Positions 1-11,902 of a stretch of DNA of 64,000 nucleotides are shown in pieces. Position 1 is the first letter of the stretch. Each line of letters opens with the position of its first letter. A model generated the notes under the pieces. It was not told the origin of the DNA, did no database searches, and saw only the letters and a program-made list of their open reading frames with translations. A program made the position numbers and the translations under genes. The stretch is taken from the NCBI GenBank assembly GCA_023213395.1, contig CM041465.1:58907741-58971740 (forward strand), read 5' to 3'. This DNA comes from Cycas panzhihuaensis. Taxonomy: Eukaryota; Plantae; Cycadophyta.

Positions 1-383
1 TGAGAAAACAATGGTGAAAAAGGCCCCTTCATGGCTCCAAAGATTTCTAAAAGGACCAAAAGGAAGTCAAAAAAAAAAGGAGGGAAGCGCTTCCTTTAGG
101 AGCCTCAAAGGCTTGAACAGGCAACAAAAATGGATCCAGAGTGGCGAAACGAGTCAAAGGAGTATAAACATAGGTATGTTTTGGGGCAATGCAAAAAACG
201 AGATAAAAGGGATCTGGAGGAGGCTGGAGAGGTCATCATAAATATGCCAAAAAGCTAGAAATGGAAGCCATGGAGGTGAAACAGAAGATGGACCTAGAAG
301 ACAAAGGTGATAAGGCTAAGAAAGCGATCTCAAGGGCTATCATGGCAAGGGAAAAGGAGAAAGTACCCCTCAGGGCCCCTGCG

Positions 384-391
384 TATATAAA
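384..391 (+). promoter_or_regulatory. Putative TATA box of element B's PMD gene
   Basis: TATATAAA ~165 bp upstream of ATG 552; equivalent TATA in A (14232-14226, -) and C (44712-44706, -). Confidence 0.55.
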
Positions 392-2078
392 GGAAGGAGG
401 GTGAAAATGAGATTCATTGTCACGGGCTTGTGATCGATCTGGAGCCCTTCCTTCTGCAGAGCAGAGTCTTACCTGACTTCAGGAGCACAGAGCGAGAGAT
501 TCGATCATTGGATCAAGGAAAAGAGATAGCCAATATAATCAAGACGATGAGATGGTAATGGTGATGTTGGATTTAGTAAGTTGATCGTCCCCTATCCCCT
601 TCATTTCATTGTTTATGTTTAGTGGCTTTTTGAGGTTTTTGTAGCTTGGTTTAGGCCCCTTAAGGGTGATTTAGGACCCTCTGGAGCTTGAACGAGGCCC
701 AGAGTGGGGGACAACTAGGGCATTAGGTAGCCCTGGTCCTACTGGGCTAGGCCTTAGCCCACTCAGACAAACTTTTGAGGTCTATTGGGCATCCCCCTCT
801 CCCCCTCCCTTTTTATAGGGGGAAACAATGGCCTTGCAGCAAAGATCACAGTGCCACAGAGTTTGCCGCAGGGTTGTTGATGGGACATGAGAACCTCAAT
901 GGGGCTCGTGTTAAACTTCATGGTACCACAGAGTTTGATGTGGGGCAGAGAGGACATAGTGGAAAAAAGAAGAAAAGAGGTCCATGGGGATGGCTAACTC
1001 AACCTACTGGAGCATGAGACGTCCTAAGGACGACTAAGCATGGTATAGAGAGTATTTGGACTGATACTCATGTCATTTTACAGGTGGTTCTTGTGATCGA
1101 TAATTGCGAGAACATATGAGTCACGATGATGAGATTCATAGAGATGATGTTACAAGGAGACAGGTAGATATTGAGATGTTGTGGGCTCTTGAAGATCATT
1201 AGGATGCCCCAATATGCGTTAGACCAGCATCTCCTAATGGATATAGTCTCTCACTGGGATTGTAGACAATACGTTTTCCACTTCCCCTGGGTAGGAGATG
1301 TGATTGTCATACTAGGGGACATCAAGAGGATTTTAGGGGTACCAATACGATAAGCGCCAGCATCGTTAGGTACATTGCCTAGCACAAACGTTACACACAC
1401 AGAGGCAGCGACATACTTCACAGGCTAGGGTAGGTAGGATCGATGAGGGGTGTCAGTGCAAACTATGGTGATGTCCAGGATTCCTCGAGTGAGTAAGTTC
1501 ATTACACTAGGCATTTTGTTTTGGATCTCCCAGAAATAGAACTACATGGATATTCTATGCAGATGGATGGTGTTTCATGGCTACCAGGAATGGACTTGAG
1601 ACAAGCAGGCTCAGGTAAGCACAGGTATATACTTCTCACTTTTATCCTCACTTTCGCTTGTTAGAAGTTGTTTAGAGTATTGTTTGATGCATGTTTGCTT
1701 GCCTTTTATGTGATCGCATTGCCTTCTCTGCTTGATCACGTTGCTTGCACCTGCCGCACACTATTTAGCCTATGACGACCCACCATGGAGCACTCCTTAG
1801 TGAGTCATGCACCCCATATGGCACTCAGTTGCATGTAACACCTCCACAACTCCTTAAACATTGTTGTTGGTAGCGATCCGCTCACATCAGCACTCCTATC
1901 ACCACTTTGAGCCCTCTTCTAGGTGTGATAGGACCTCTCTGAGACTTGTTTCTCTCTTTCGGCCATTTGCGAGCTACTTGGGCATGAGCTCCCAGCCTGC
2001 TAGGCCTTTGCACACCCCTCTGTTTGGCTCTAGGCCTTGGTTTTAACCTTATTTTGGCTTTTAGTCATGCACTGCTGC

Positions 2079-2134
2079 AAACTAAGTGGTACCGTGAAGT
2101 TTGCCATGGTGCCACAAAGTTTGCTGCGGTGCGG
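2079..2134. promoter_or_regulatory. Palindromic GGTACC-core motif array (20-bp period) in LTR U3
   Basis: AAACTAAGTGGTACCGTGAAGTTT with cores at 2088, 2108, 2128; same array in the 3' LTR at 16058, 16078, 16098. Regulatory role is inferred. Confidence 0.5.
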
Positions 2135-2259
2135 CTGTCTAAATTTATTTTCTTTAATCCATCATGGAAATTCTCACTCTTTTCGCAGAATTGCCATGTG
2201 GTGCCTTCGATTACTCACCCCCACCATAACCCTAATCGTTCGTTTAGGGTTGGGATGAG

Positions 2260-2266
2260 TATAAAA
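2260..2266 (+). promoter_or_regulatory. Putative LTR TATA box
   Basis: TATAAAA followed by a pyrimidine-rich leader; conserved in the 3' LTR (~16230). Confidence 0.55.
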
Positions 2267-4289
2267 CCCAAAAATGAATTCATTTTGCTCTCTTCTTCAC
2301 TCATTTTTGCTCTCTACTCCTTACATTCTGCCATTTCCCCCAGATCTACTCCTCTACTCTAGCTCCTCTTTCACAGGTGCATCTACTGCATCTCAGGCCC
2401 TGCTGCAGCGGCTCCAAGCTTCCCTTTGCAGGTCCTATCCATGGAAGGAGAATACTCTCAGTGCGCTAGCAAACAAGCTCTAAGGACTAAGAGCGACGTC
2501 CACGTTTTGCCTCCCCTTCAGCCCAAGTCTGAAATGCCTTCTTGACATAAGTTTTTCCTCTGGTTTTTGGAAGAAAAGGACTCTCCTCTTCTACCCTATA
2601 GGTACCCTTTCAACATCCCTTAGGTTTTCCTGTGATTTCTTTCCTTTATGAGAAGTTCTTTGGTCAATTTTTGCTCCTCTCTTTTCACTCCGAAGGAGCT
2701 TGTCTCTTTGCTTCCTGTCCTACACTGTTTTTCCTCTCTTTTCCTGCAAGCCTACTCTAGGGTGGCTGTGTAAGAGGGTTGCATAAGGTTGGGTGAAGGG
2801 AGAAAGGCGGGATCCATCCCCTTGTTGGCCTTCTGCCCAAGGGTTTACCCTTCCCTTCCTTCCTCTTCTACTCTGTGCCTCCCTCTGGAGTTGGGTTAGG
2901 GATAGCAAGAGGCTTATCTCAGTTCTAAATCAGCATTGGTAGCCCTCGCCACACTAGTTTCAAACTTGCACCCCTGAGTTTTAGGCATCACAAAAGCCCC
3001 AAAACCTGTCTCGGTTCAGTTTTGATCTTTAGATTGCCCCAACGTGATGATTTGCTGTTTGTAGCACCTTGTCCCTTGGGTCTACCCGTGCACCATCTCG
3101 TTGGTTTGTTATCTCTTCTACTTACTGTCCAGAATAGCCATCATACTCTTGTCTTTTCCCATTGAGGCTATGTGGAGGTATTTACGGGTAGGTTGGCCAT
3201 TCCGAGGCTAACCTTCCTATCTTAGTTATTACTTAGCACTGCTTAGATCTGAGATTTGTTTGGTGGTTTTTGGAGTAGAGTGCATTACCTTTTAGCTTGA
3301 TTTATTAGCCATCTTTTACATTTATATACATATTAGATGTACTTAGCAGCCCCCTTCTCTGGAAGGGAGAAACCTTTTCTTGTAATTGACAGGTTCACGG
3401 CGACAAAAGCACGGAAGAGGTGGACTTCTTTGATAGGTAAGCCCTTCGCTAGTGGTGCTTTCAGTTTCTTCCTTGTCTCCTTTTTTTGCTATTTTGCTTT
3501 CACATATCAGGGAAGGTACGGTCACCCCTCATCCATTTTAGCAACCATCGCCAACTAGTCCCACACCCATGTAGCAAGTTCAAGTGGACGAGTGCAAAAG
3601 GAGTGAAAGGGTGCGACGTTTCAGCCATGCTTCACTTCTAGGTACGCCTCCTCCCTTTCTTGTCTCTTTTTTGTGCTTTTGATGTTTACTTGCAAACTTT
3701 GCATGATAAGTCACATAAGAAACAAAAGAGAAATGAACACATCTTTTGCATTCATAAGCTCTTTTCTTTTTGTAATCGTTTACTTCGTATGTAGATAGGA
3801 TTTAGACATGAACCGTGTACTCTTTAAGCCCCATCTCATCCATATGTAAGACAATTTGTCCCTTAGTCTTGCCTTTGATACTTCGCACACTCTTGCTTGA
3901 CATACTACATAACAACCTAATCCTAGTCTACATCCCTCTCCTACTTGAGCTAGGTCGTCACATATCACATGTACCTACTTGCACGTTGCCTTCTCCCTCC
4001 TGTGAGAAGATGCAACCTTCTAGAGTCCCCCCTCCTCTTCCCAGCCATCCAAGGGGTAGGTGGGCCTCCTCCTTTAGGGCAACCTAAGGCCTTGCCTTGC
4101 ATCCTCCTTCCAAAGGTTATCCTAAGGTAATTGGGCACCATTCGTGGGTCCCGAACTCGTGCTCTGATGCTCGGACGCCTTGCATGGTGTTCTTTCTTAC
4201 CATTAGGATCCCATCCATAACTCGACCACTACCATTGATAGTTTATTCCCTTCTAAGTATAGAAGACCATCCCGTAGATGCGAATCCAT

Positions 4290-4307
4290 TGGCGACCATA
4301 CTAGGGA
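4290..4307 (+). other. Primer binding site of A (tRNA-Arg type)
   Basis: TGGCGACCATACTAGGGA, 1 nt after the LTR end; TGGCGAC start is typical of Tat/Ogre tRNA-Arg PBS. Confidence 0.8.
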
Positions 4308-4484
4308 CCTATCAGTAGGGGAGCTAGTCTCGTTTCTCTTTCTGTTGGTGCTATTACTTTCTGGTAATCTTCCTTATTTCCCCTTTCTATTGGGCAGCCC
4401 CCAACATGTGCTTCATACCCCCTTTCCTTCTAACAACTTTGGCAAAGGCGTTACATACGACGTTTCTCATGTCATTTACGAGGT

Positions 4485-7400
4485 TTGCCACCTTTGTTAG
4501 AAGACCTTTCATATCACCTACTTCCATCGTCAGATTCTGATTCAATAATGGAGGGCTATCCTTCTGACTGGGCATATCACACCTTCACTTCGGAAACTCA
4601 TGAGCTCCCTACATCATTCCCAAGGTCTACCCAAGATGGTAGTGACCCTATTTACTATCCGGGTGATCAACATCACCCGCTTGATGCCCATCCCTCTACC
4701 CACGTAGTAGAGGATTCATCTTCTCATGAGACTCACCTCCTAGGGGGTGATTCTTATGAGGAGCACCTTGAGGGGTCTACTTCATTTGAGATCCCGTCTA
4801 CCTCCTACGATCATGTAGTCACCCCTCCCCTTGACATGGTTAAAGCTCTCAATGAGTGCTTCTAAGCTACTCATCTTCAAACACGTTCTAGGTGGTTTGA
4901 AGATGTTTTGCGTGGTGGGACGTCTTCCTCATCCATATCCATTCCACCATCTTCATCTGCACCTACTCCTCCTACAACTAGTAACCCTTTCGTACCTTCA
5001 CACCAATCCCAGTTGCTTTCCACGTCTTCCTTGGGAACAACCATTACACCTCCTACCTCCCACCATGGTCCTAATACTTCGGGACCTCCTCATGGCATAT
5101 CTTTCTCCCAGCTAGGAGTTAGCTTGCCTTTTCCCAGCCAAGCCAACGTGCCACCTCCTAATATGGCACACGCATTCCCTAGTATGCCTAGAGGTCCTAC
5201 TAGCACCCCTTTCATTAGTCATGTGGGGCCTGCCCTCACATGGACTCAAATGCAACCCAACGATCCATCTCTTTACATACCCCCATGTTGTACATCTCAA
5301 CCTTAAGGGCAGGGTAAAGGGAACCCATTCCGCTTTATGGGGTGGACCCTCTTCACCCATATGGGGTCGTGCCTCCTACAGGTGGCCCATATGGACAAAA
5401 CCCCATCTCTTATTCTACATTTCCATCATCCTACATAGTCCCTCATGCTGTGCCTTCGTAAGAAAACTAGGTTTCTTTCCAAGGCACTTATCCACAAATC
5501 CCTTCTCAGCAAGGGACGTTTCCTCAAGGAGGGATGGGCCTTCCTCCTCCATCCGCTCCTTGTCCAGTTCCTCTTACTTCATTTGCCGATCCTATGATCC
5601 AAGCAAGGGCACGGCCCTTCATGGATTACAGGTTGACACCACTATCCGTTGAGATGCTAAGAACTAACTTACCACCTCATCCCCCTGAAGTTCCCAAATT
5701 CGATGGAACTTCGTCGCAAGACCCAACCGAATACGTGCGTAGTTTCTCTATGGTGTGCATTGATTACTAGGCTTACAACCACATATTGATAAAGCTATTT
5801 CCATGATCTTTATAGGGTGATGCCCTTAAGTGGTTTTATCACCTCCCTGCCCACTCTATCTTCTCATTCCAGCAATTGGTGGGCGAATTCATCAACTACT
5901 TTGATATAACTCGTCTATTCGAAAGCAGAATGAAATCCCTCCTTTCGCTCAAACAAGGTCATGATGAAATGAATCATGACTTTGTGCGACGATTCCATGA
6001 CCTCCTCCATTCCACCAAGGCTACCTTGCCTGAGGAATTGAAGAGGGATCTCTTCGTTAATGTACTGTGTCCCGAAGTCTATATAGAAGTCCTCAAGATG
6101 GGAGCAACTACGTGTGACTCCACTATTGTGAAGTGCTTAGCGTTAGAGGCTATTGAGATCCAAGCTGGACTCAAAAGGCCTCCCAAGCCCTCATAACATC
6201 GTGAGGTACCTCCCTCAACCAAGAAAACTAAACCTTCACAACCCACCAGGTCTACTTCTCACCTGACTGAGAAGACTTTAGACCCCCTTACTTCTGCCAT
6301 ACGCTTATTCGAGCACATGATGAAGGAGCTTAAACTTTAAGCCCCTTCATCACCAATGACGAACAAACAAATTCAATAGGCTTCTCAAGCTGCTCCTCCT
6401 AAGGGGGGTAATACCCAACCTTCTCAAGCAAAGAAAGCAGATCCTTCACTTGAGAAGAAGTGGTATTCCATCAATGGGGAGTGCTTCCATGATGACTCGC
6501 GTTGTCGGGTGCAACACCCTCGTGATGTCCCATAATGTGATTCGTCTCCTAGGCAGGCCTCGAGGCCCAATCTTGATCAACCCATCCATAAGGATCTATT
6601 CCCCAAACATGGGGAGTGTGATCGCAATACTCAACAAAGAAACAACCGAAACCAGGGTAGACCCCCTAATTCTCATCCTTCACACGGTAGAGGGAAGGGT
6701 GCATGAGATTCATCATCCTCCTCGCATTCCCCTAACCGCCATACTCCTTCACATTTGTGATCCTGCAATAAGAGAAAGAAGGTAATTTAGATGCTTGAGG
6801 CCACTCCCCTATATGCCCTAACTTAGTCTCAAGCTGCGAAAGAGGTAGCTGGCACCTCTACATCTACATCACACCTTGATCCTCCTCTGGAAGTCATTCC
6901 TCTGGAAATACCTTCGCTTCCCAAGAACATTCTCATCCACCCCGGTTGCTTCAACTTTAGGAGAGCCCTTACCCAACCCACAGGGAAGGGTAAGCCATTT
7001 TCCATAGTTGAAGAGCTTCACACCGTGGCCATCGGGATGTCCATCATGGATGTCTTGAAAAGCTATCCTAAGCAACAAACGCTCCTTCTGGAGGCTTTAG
7101 GGTTAAACAACGCGCCCGTTCACGCTTTGGGCATTGCCCAAGGTCGTAAACCCATCATCTCCTTTGATCCTAAAGATCTTCCCCCAGTTAGTGAAAGGCA
7201 ACGCTAATGGAACTTCCCTTTCACCATCACCATAGACACACATGATTGTACCTTGCGAAGGAACGTCGTTGACAATGGTTCTTCTGTTAATGCTATGCCC
7301 TTGCGTATCATGCAAGAGCTTGGCATCTCTGGCTTGGAACCCGTTCCATGGCAATGTCAAGGCTACGATGGTAGCGAGAAGACTCCTTCGGGGTCTGTCT

Positions 7401-10400
7401 CAATACCTCTCACTCTCGAGGATAAGACCATCCTCACTGACATCATTGTCCTTGATGTGGACATTAATTACAACCTCCTCTTGGGTCGACCATGGTTTGA
7501 CCAAATGGGAGCCGTGTGTTCCACCTGTTGGGGGAAATTTAAGTTTGTCCATAATGGGCAAATGAGAGTTGTCTCCCACGAGCGACCACCCGCAAAACGA
7601 ACCAGACCACCCACTCAAGTAAGCCATGGCCATACAAAGGGGAGTAAACGCCCTTCTACTTACACCTTAGCTTGCTCCATCGGTATTCTCGATCCTTCTA
7701 GCTATGAAGAAGATCCTACATCTTCTTATTCAAGTCTAACCCATTTCACCCCTATTAGTATTGGAAGCTACGGGTACCTCGTCATGTTTAGCAATGATGG
7801 GTCCCATGGCGAGGACGAGGACCTCCCTCACCCAGTTTCCTTCCTTCACGCTAGTAGGGGGTATTCTTCTCGTTCTAGGTCCCAACTTAGGACCCCTCTT
7901 GTTGAAGAGCCCAATCACTCTCTCATGTCACATGTTATTGCACGTGTTAACAGTCAGACCCCTGGCTCTTCCCTTCCATCACCTCTCACAAGTGATGGTG
8001 TCAAGAGTTTTCCTTATGCCTCTTACGAGAGGCCTTTCCTCGACTCTCCCTTAGAATCCCTTAGGGATGTTGGGCAGCTTACGGGTCATCCTGGTCCTAT
8101 TGCTCCCATTCCATCTTACACCTCATCCATTTGAAGTAAAGTCATCCATGGGGTGGATTACTTCGAAGACGACGAGGCCTTGCTAGAGCACTTAGCAGGC
8201 TCCACACCCAACTTACCTTCTGGTCACCATAAGCTTGGCCACCAGAAGGTCCTGGTGATTGGATCCACATTAGCCAACCCAATCCCATCCTCCATTCCAT
8301 CTCCTCCCGTTGACCTTACCCCTCTCTATTTCGAGGAGGGGAACTCCATGTGTATGGGAGCAACTCAGGACATAGTCCTCACCCTGGGCAAGGTCATTAA
8401 GGTAGGGGCAGAATGTACCCCTAATAAAGCAAGAGAATACTCCCTTTTGTTCCAAGAGTTTCGAGATGTCTTCATGTGGGACTACTTTGACATGAAGGGA
8501 ATTGACCCTTCCATTGTCACCCACAACCTCACCACTATTCCTGGCACTCGCCCTGTGTGCCAGAAGTAGCATCCTCTCCATCCTAAACTCTCGGCCACCG
8601 TCAAGATGGAGGTTGAGAAACTCTTGGATGTAGGACTTATCACTTCTATCAACTACCCCAAATGGGTATCAAACATCGTCCCCGTTGCCAAGAGGAATAG
8701 GACCATCCAGATATGTGTTGATTTTTACAACATTAATAATGCATGTCCCAAAGATAACTTCCCACTCCTCTTTATCGATCAAATCATCAATCGAACCGCT
8801 GGATTTGAAGTCATGTCCTTGATGGATGGCTTCTCTGGTTACAACCAGATATAAATTTCTTCTGAAGACCATCATAAGACGGCCTTCACTACTCCATGGG
8901 GTACTTTTGCCTACAAGGCAATGCCTTTCAGAATTAAAAATGCAAGAGCCACATACTAGAGGGCTATACATTTTATTTTCCATGACCTCATCAACAACAC
9001 ATTAGAGGTCTTTATGAATGACATGATGGGTCTCTCGCGTACTAAAGCTCATCACCCTTCAGACTTGTGGGCCATCTTCACACGATGCCATAAGTATCAT
9101 GTTAGTCTCAACCTGCTTAAATACATGTTTGTTGTTACTTCTGGCAAACTCTTGGGGTTCCTTATGTCAAAGTAAGGGATCCAAATCGATCTAGATAAAG
9201 TTAAGGCAATCCTTGACATACCTCCTCCTAGAACGCAATGACAAATCAAGTCATTTCTAGGTAGGCTCAGTTTCCTTAGGTATTTTTTGGCAAACTTCGC
9301 CATAAATGCCAAACCCCTTACCAACCAATTAAAGAAAGGAGCCCCATTTGTTTGGTCGATTAAGGCCCAACAAGCCTTTGAAGGACTAAAGGAAGCACTC
9401 ACCTTTGCTCCAACGTTGGCGCCTCCTCGCTTTGATAGGCCCTTCATCTTGTATACCTCGGCAACCGATGAATCCTTGGGCGCAATGCTCATGCAAGAGG
9501 ATGATTTAGGAATTGAGAGAGTGATCTATTTCATCAGCTGTACCCTTGTGGCTGCTGAGCTTAACTATCACCCCATCGAGAAGGAATGTCTCTCCTTGGT
9601 CCATGCGACCAAGAAGTTCAGACATTATTTACTTAGAAACACTACCAAGGTGATCGTCTAATCTGATCTCCTGCGCTTCTTACTTAATCGATCTGACCTA
9701 ACTGGTAGGACTGGTTATTGGGCCATCGTACTCCAAGAGTTCAACCTTCAAATCATTAATAGGAAGTTGAAGAAGGGAATGATAGTGGCAGAGTAACTAG
9801 CCGATGCCCCTATTCCCAACATATGCGACGTTCCCGTTGATAATTCTCTCCCTGACGAGTCTATCCTGACCAGCCAAGGCACCTCTCCTCCTCCGCTCAC
9901 TGATAGTGAGTGGTATGATGACATTGTGCGGTATCTCACTTAGTAGCAATACCACCCTGAAGCTAGAAACAAAGTCAGGTCATGCATCTGCGCCACCGCT
10001 AGACTATACTTCCTCATAGACGAAGTGTTGTATAAAAGATCCTTTGATGGGATCCTTCTTCGCTGCATCGCTTTGGACGAAGCGGACCATATACTCTGCG
10101 AATGCCATCATGGAACTTGTAGGGGGCACTTTGGGGGCCAATCCATGGCCCAAAGGATCCTCTGCATGGGCTATTATTGGTCGTCCCTTTTCAAGGATGC
10201 CCATGCCTATGCCCTGAGATGTTGATGATGCCAAGAGTATACCAATATATCTCACGTGCCTTCCGAGGCCCTCCATCTTATCATATCTCTATGGCCCTTT
10301 GCTCAATGGGGTTTAGACCTCATTCGTGCCATATCACCACCTTCTTCGTCACAACACAAGTACATCTTAACTGCCACATAGTATTTCACAAAATGGGTAG

Positions 10401-11155
10401 AGGCAATCTCTCTGTCTATTACGCCTGGCAAGACGACAACCACCTTCGTCTACCAACACATCATTTGCCACTTCAGGATTCCAAACGTCTTGATCACAGA
10501 CAATGGAACCCCCTTCTGTAACAAGGAGATGGATGAGCTTGGTGAGAAGTTCAAGATTTCTCATAAGACCTCGTCTCCTTATTACCCTCAAGCAAATAGA
10601 CAGGTTGAATCATTCAACAAAACCCTTATTAACATTCTAAAGAAAACTGTCACGCAATCTCAAAGAGATTAGCATCTTTAGCTCCCTTCCACCTTGTGGG
10701 CCTATCGTACTTCTCTCCGTATAGCTACTAGAATGACACCATTCTCCTTAGTCTACAGAACCGAGGTGGTACTCCCACTGGAAGTGGAGATCTCCTCTCT
10801 ATGAGTCTCCCTTAGAGGTCTTATCGATGAGGAGTCTATCTGTCAGGCTTGCCTCTTAGACCTCGAGGCTCTGGATGAGAGATGTTTAGTAGCTTACCAA
10901 GCAAACCTCGCTTCGAAAGCCCACTCATAAAGGACTTACAACAAATATCTTCGTACCTGTCCTTTATACCCTAGGGACTACATCCTCAAGCTAGAATATC
11001 TCCATGATCTCCTAACCAAATTTGGGCCTAAATGGATTGGTCCCTTCATAATTCTTGAGAGCCTTGATAATGGCACTTATAGGATTGCCACCTTACAAGG
11101 CCTGGAATTTGAGAAGGCGGTCAAGGGAAAATTCCTCAAGAAATTTTATGCATGA
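4485..11155 (+). pseudogene. gag-pol polyprotein of A (gag, aspartic protease, RT, RNase H, integrase) with many stops and frameshifts
   Basis: gag PKFDGTSSQDPTEY..LKQG; protease VVDNGSSVN..LLGRPW; RT WVSNIVPV..CVDF..PKDNFPL..MDGFSGYNQI and FMNDM (decayed YMDD); RH YTSAT..NYHPIEKE; INT HHG..GH, ITDNGT, YPQAN.QVE, GPKWIGP. Start approximate. Confidence 0.95.
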
Positions 11156-11902
11156 TCCTCTCGGTGATCCCTTTGCCACGCTCTGAAATGAGCCTAAACT
11201 ATCGCCCTAAGCTTGTTCGCATTCCCCCTACCCTTAGGTGGAATGGATAGCTTAGGTCCTCATTCTTTTTTGTTCCTTCCGTAGGACCCTTGTTCCCTCT
11301 TTCTTGGGAACCTCGCCTCCATGTTTGGCCATCCCCCAATTAGGGTGACTCTTGAGGTGTCGTCACTTCCTCCCATCGCTATTTCCTTTGCATATCCCGC
11401 TATGCTCCCATGTGGACATGCATGTCACCCTGTCTCTTAGCCTTGCGTGTAGCCATCGCTACTACTCGTGGTGATCATATGTATCCCTACTAGAGATATA
11501 GTCCTACATGAAAGGAAATATACGTCTAGCTCATAATGAATAACACATCACATCCACATCAAAAACAAGCATAACTCTAGCTATACGATAGTCAAAACAT
11601 CACCTACTACATCATCATGCATCCGTGCATACTCACACTCATATACATATACTCTTATATGTACATACCAAGACCAAAACATCATAAACATACATATCCA
11701 TTGTGCATCCATTGCAATGTATACCACAAACACCATCTCATACGTTAAATGGGATACCAATCACCCCATCTATATACACAAAATCAATCCTCATAACATA
11801 CAAATGATAGTACATCATCCATGGGAAGCCGGTGTCCTTGCATGGGGGGTACAATCCTATGTCTCTACATGGTGACCCCCTGGAGGCCCATGCTTTCCCT
11901 CA

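Larger units (their letters stand above)
1571..4288 (+). repeat. 5' LTR of element A
   Basis: TGTTTC...GAATCCA; direct repeat of 15550-18261, roughly 90% identical by eye. Confidence 0.96.

Noticed and set aside
2079-2134. Palindromic periodic repeats as a CRISPR-like array
   Set aside because: Only 3-4 degenerate 20-bp units, no unique spacers, no cas genes, plant TE context.
1861-4288. Short ORFs inside A's LTRs as an Ogre-type extra 5' ORF
   Set aside because: Frames and stops differ between the two LTR copies and no domain is recognisable.
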